Shown here: one piece after another, positions 60,052-61,270 of the stretch
Layout of the letters: every line of letters begins with the position of its first letter
How positions within the stretch are numbered: position 1 is the first letter of the stretch
NCBI GenBank assembly: GCA_002457605.1
Contig: NTJT01000004.1
Location: 1-61,270, forward strand
Source: Marine Group II euryarchaeote MED-G34
GTDB taxonomy: Archaea; Thermoplasmatota; Poseidoniia; Poseidoniales; Thalassarchaeaceae
DNA: 61,270 bases
Direction of reading: 5' to 3'
Made by a program: the position numbers and the translations under genes
The notes under the pieces: model-generated
The model's input: only the letters and a program-made list of their open reading frames with translations
What the model was told of the DNA's origin: nothing
The model's database searches: none

Positions 60052-60693
60052 ATGAGCGAGGAAGAGGAAATCATCACTCCTGAGTTACAGACGCGACAGC
60101 TCGAGGAGAGGTTGGCCGAGGAGACCGACCGCCTCGAGAAGCTTTACGTGGCTTACAAGAAGGTCGAAGACGAGTTGGCAGAGAAGAATGCCATCATCGA
60201 GGTCCTCGAGAAGGAAGCCATCGACAAGGAGATCGACAAGGAGGGACTAGAATCACTCCTATCCGAGAAGGAAGCGAGAATCCACGAAATCGAGATAGAG
60301 GGGGCCAAGACCGGCAAAAGGGTCGAGCATCTTGAGCCAGAACTCGAGAAGATGGAGGAGCTGTACACTCGCGAGAAGGCTCGCCTTGGACGTGTCTTCG
60401 AGGTCACCGAGGAACTCGACGAGCGCAATCGGGTAGCTACTGCAGAACTCTCCGCGCGCGATGACTGGTATGTCCAGCACATGCAACTCTTCGAGCAACT
60501 CAACGAGGCCATCGACACCCGCTACACAATGATAGACAGGGCAGTTGAAGCGGCAAGGGACGTGCTGGCCAGTCAAGAGACCTTCAAGGAGCGCATGGAG
60601 GAAGCCCTCGATGCCGTCAAGGAGACCGTCGATGACATAGTCGATGGCGATGACGAAGAGGACACCGACGAGCCCGAAGCGGACGAGTCCTGA
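60052..60693 (+). CDS. Acidic coiled-coil protein, function unknown
   Basis: There is heptad-like E/K/L periodicity throughout and an acidic tail DGDDEEDTDEPEADES. Start chosen at MSEEEE (60052); 59992 is possible. Confidence 0.5.
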   Translation: MSEEEEIITPELQTRQLEERLAEETDRLEKLYVAYKKVEDELAEKNAIIEVLEKEAIDKEIDKEGLESLLSEKEARIHEIEIEGAKTGKRVEHLEPELEKMEELYTREKARLGRVFEVTEELDERNRVATAELSARDDWYVQHMQLFEQLNEAIDTRYTMIDRAVEAARDVLASQETFKERMEEALDAVKETVDDIVDGDDEEDTDEPEADES

Positions 60694-61248
60694 TTACTTC
60701 GGTTGATGCTTGTAGCAGAAGTCTTGGTCATGCGTGCTTTTCGTTGACTTCCTGTGATTACACATTTTCCCGTTGTCAGCAACATGCTTGCAAAGGTTAT
60801 CCGATCTGCTAGCAGCCTCCTTCAACTTCCTCTTAGCCGCTGTTTTGAATCCTACCAACCTTGTTTGTCGCAAAAGAGATTGCTCCTGTACACCAAATGT
60901 ATTACTCGTCTTAATCGCCCTTCGCTGGCCTCCACTAATATGCCACAACTTCTCCATTTTCCCCCACCGCCTGAATTTTTCTCGCCGCCTGAATTGTTTT
61001 CGCCAGACACGAGTTGTGTTTTTTCCGAGAGGCCGCCCTAAAGCATCAATCTCTCCTGGGCCAGAAAACCAGGTTGATCCGCATACCGTGCAATGGCCAA
61101 CATTCGACACCCCACATTGGTATATGTCCGGTAATTGGCCGATGACACTCTTAACCCAAAAATACCATTCGACCGCGAAATTGGTAAGCGCAGTCTCGCC
61201 ATCTAACAGGTCACTGTCGGAACTACAGGTGGGGCATTCTACACTCAA
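60694..61248 (-). CDS. Hypothetical basic, Cys-rich protein (possible Zn-ribbon modules)
   Basis: CPTC...(about 45 aa)...CTVC at the N-terminus and C-x9-C-x14-C-x2-H at the C-terminus. The middle is K/R-rich. It lies in a visibly more AT-rich segment at the window edge. Confidence 0.4.
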   Translation of the reverse strand: MSVECPTCSSDSDLLDGETALTNFAVEWYFWVKSVIGQLPDIYQCGVSNVGHCTVCGSTWFSGPGEIDALGRPLGKNTTRVWRKQFRRREKFRRWGKMEKLWHISGGQRRAIKTSNTFGVQEQSLLRQTRLVGFKTAAKRKLKEAASRSDNLCKHVADNGKMCNHRKSTKSTHDQDFCYKHQPK

Positions 61249-61270
61249 CCCCTCCTCGATGACTTCGGGG

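Overview
This is a gene-dense 61.3-kb chromosomal segment that I read as archaeal. The archaeal evidence is an L18e-L13-S9-RpoN(Rpo10)-tRNA-Pro cluster, MCM, GatE, Pth2, Trm1 and two PAC2/Pba-type proteasome-chaperone homologues. The host is probably a planktonic euryarchaeon of the Thermoplasmatota / Marine Group II kind. That placement is an inference from gene content and giant Ca-binding surface proteins, and I cannot test it here. By eye the DNA is moderately GC-rich (not computed), and both window edges are more AT-rich. I call about 48 CDS and 3 tRNAs (Pro, plus a tandem pair of Arg isoacceptors). I recognised no rRNA, CRISPR array, transposase or integrase. Housekeeping genes include purM, moaA, ltaE, an Nfu-type Fe-S protein, rlmH, a cobalamin adenosyltransferase, a thioesterase, an M20 peptidase and an aminotransferase. 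Five things stand out. (1) A translationally coupled AddAB/AdnAB-like helicase-nuclease pair (50011-58514) has Cas4-type Cys clusters in both nuclease domains. It sits in an archaeal backbone that also carries NAD-dependent LigA, a stand-alone Cas4-like Fe-S nuclease and a DnaQ-like exonuclease. (2) A 2663-aa double-anchored surface protein is built from thrombospondin-type-3-like Ca-binding repeats and has an embedded, apparently complete type-1 copper (cupredoxin) module. (3) A Liv-type ABC importer has a 1061-aa lipoprotein receptor made of three substrate-binding domains, one apparently circularly permuted. Its LivH and LivM permeases are fused through a roughly 300-aa linker with a TM2-like motif. 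(4) A 1090-aa RCC1-repeat plus ephrin-receptor-like Cys-repeat protein ends in a triplicated KGKRRKRPA tail. (5) There are several small structured or palindromic non-coding elements. Family assignments come from motif recognition by eye, so HMM or structure searches are needed to confirm them. Many start codons were re-chosen by hand and remain uncertain.
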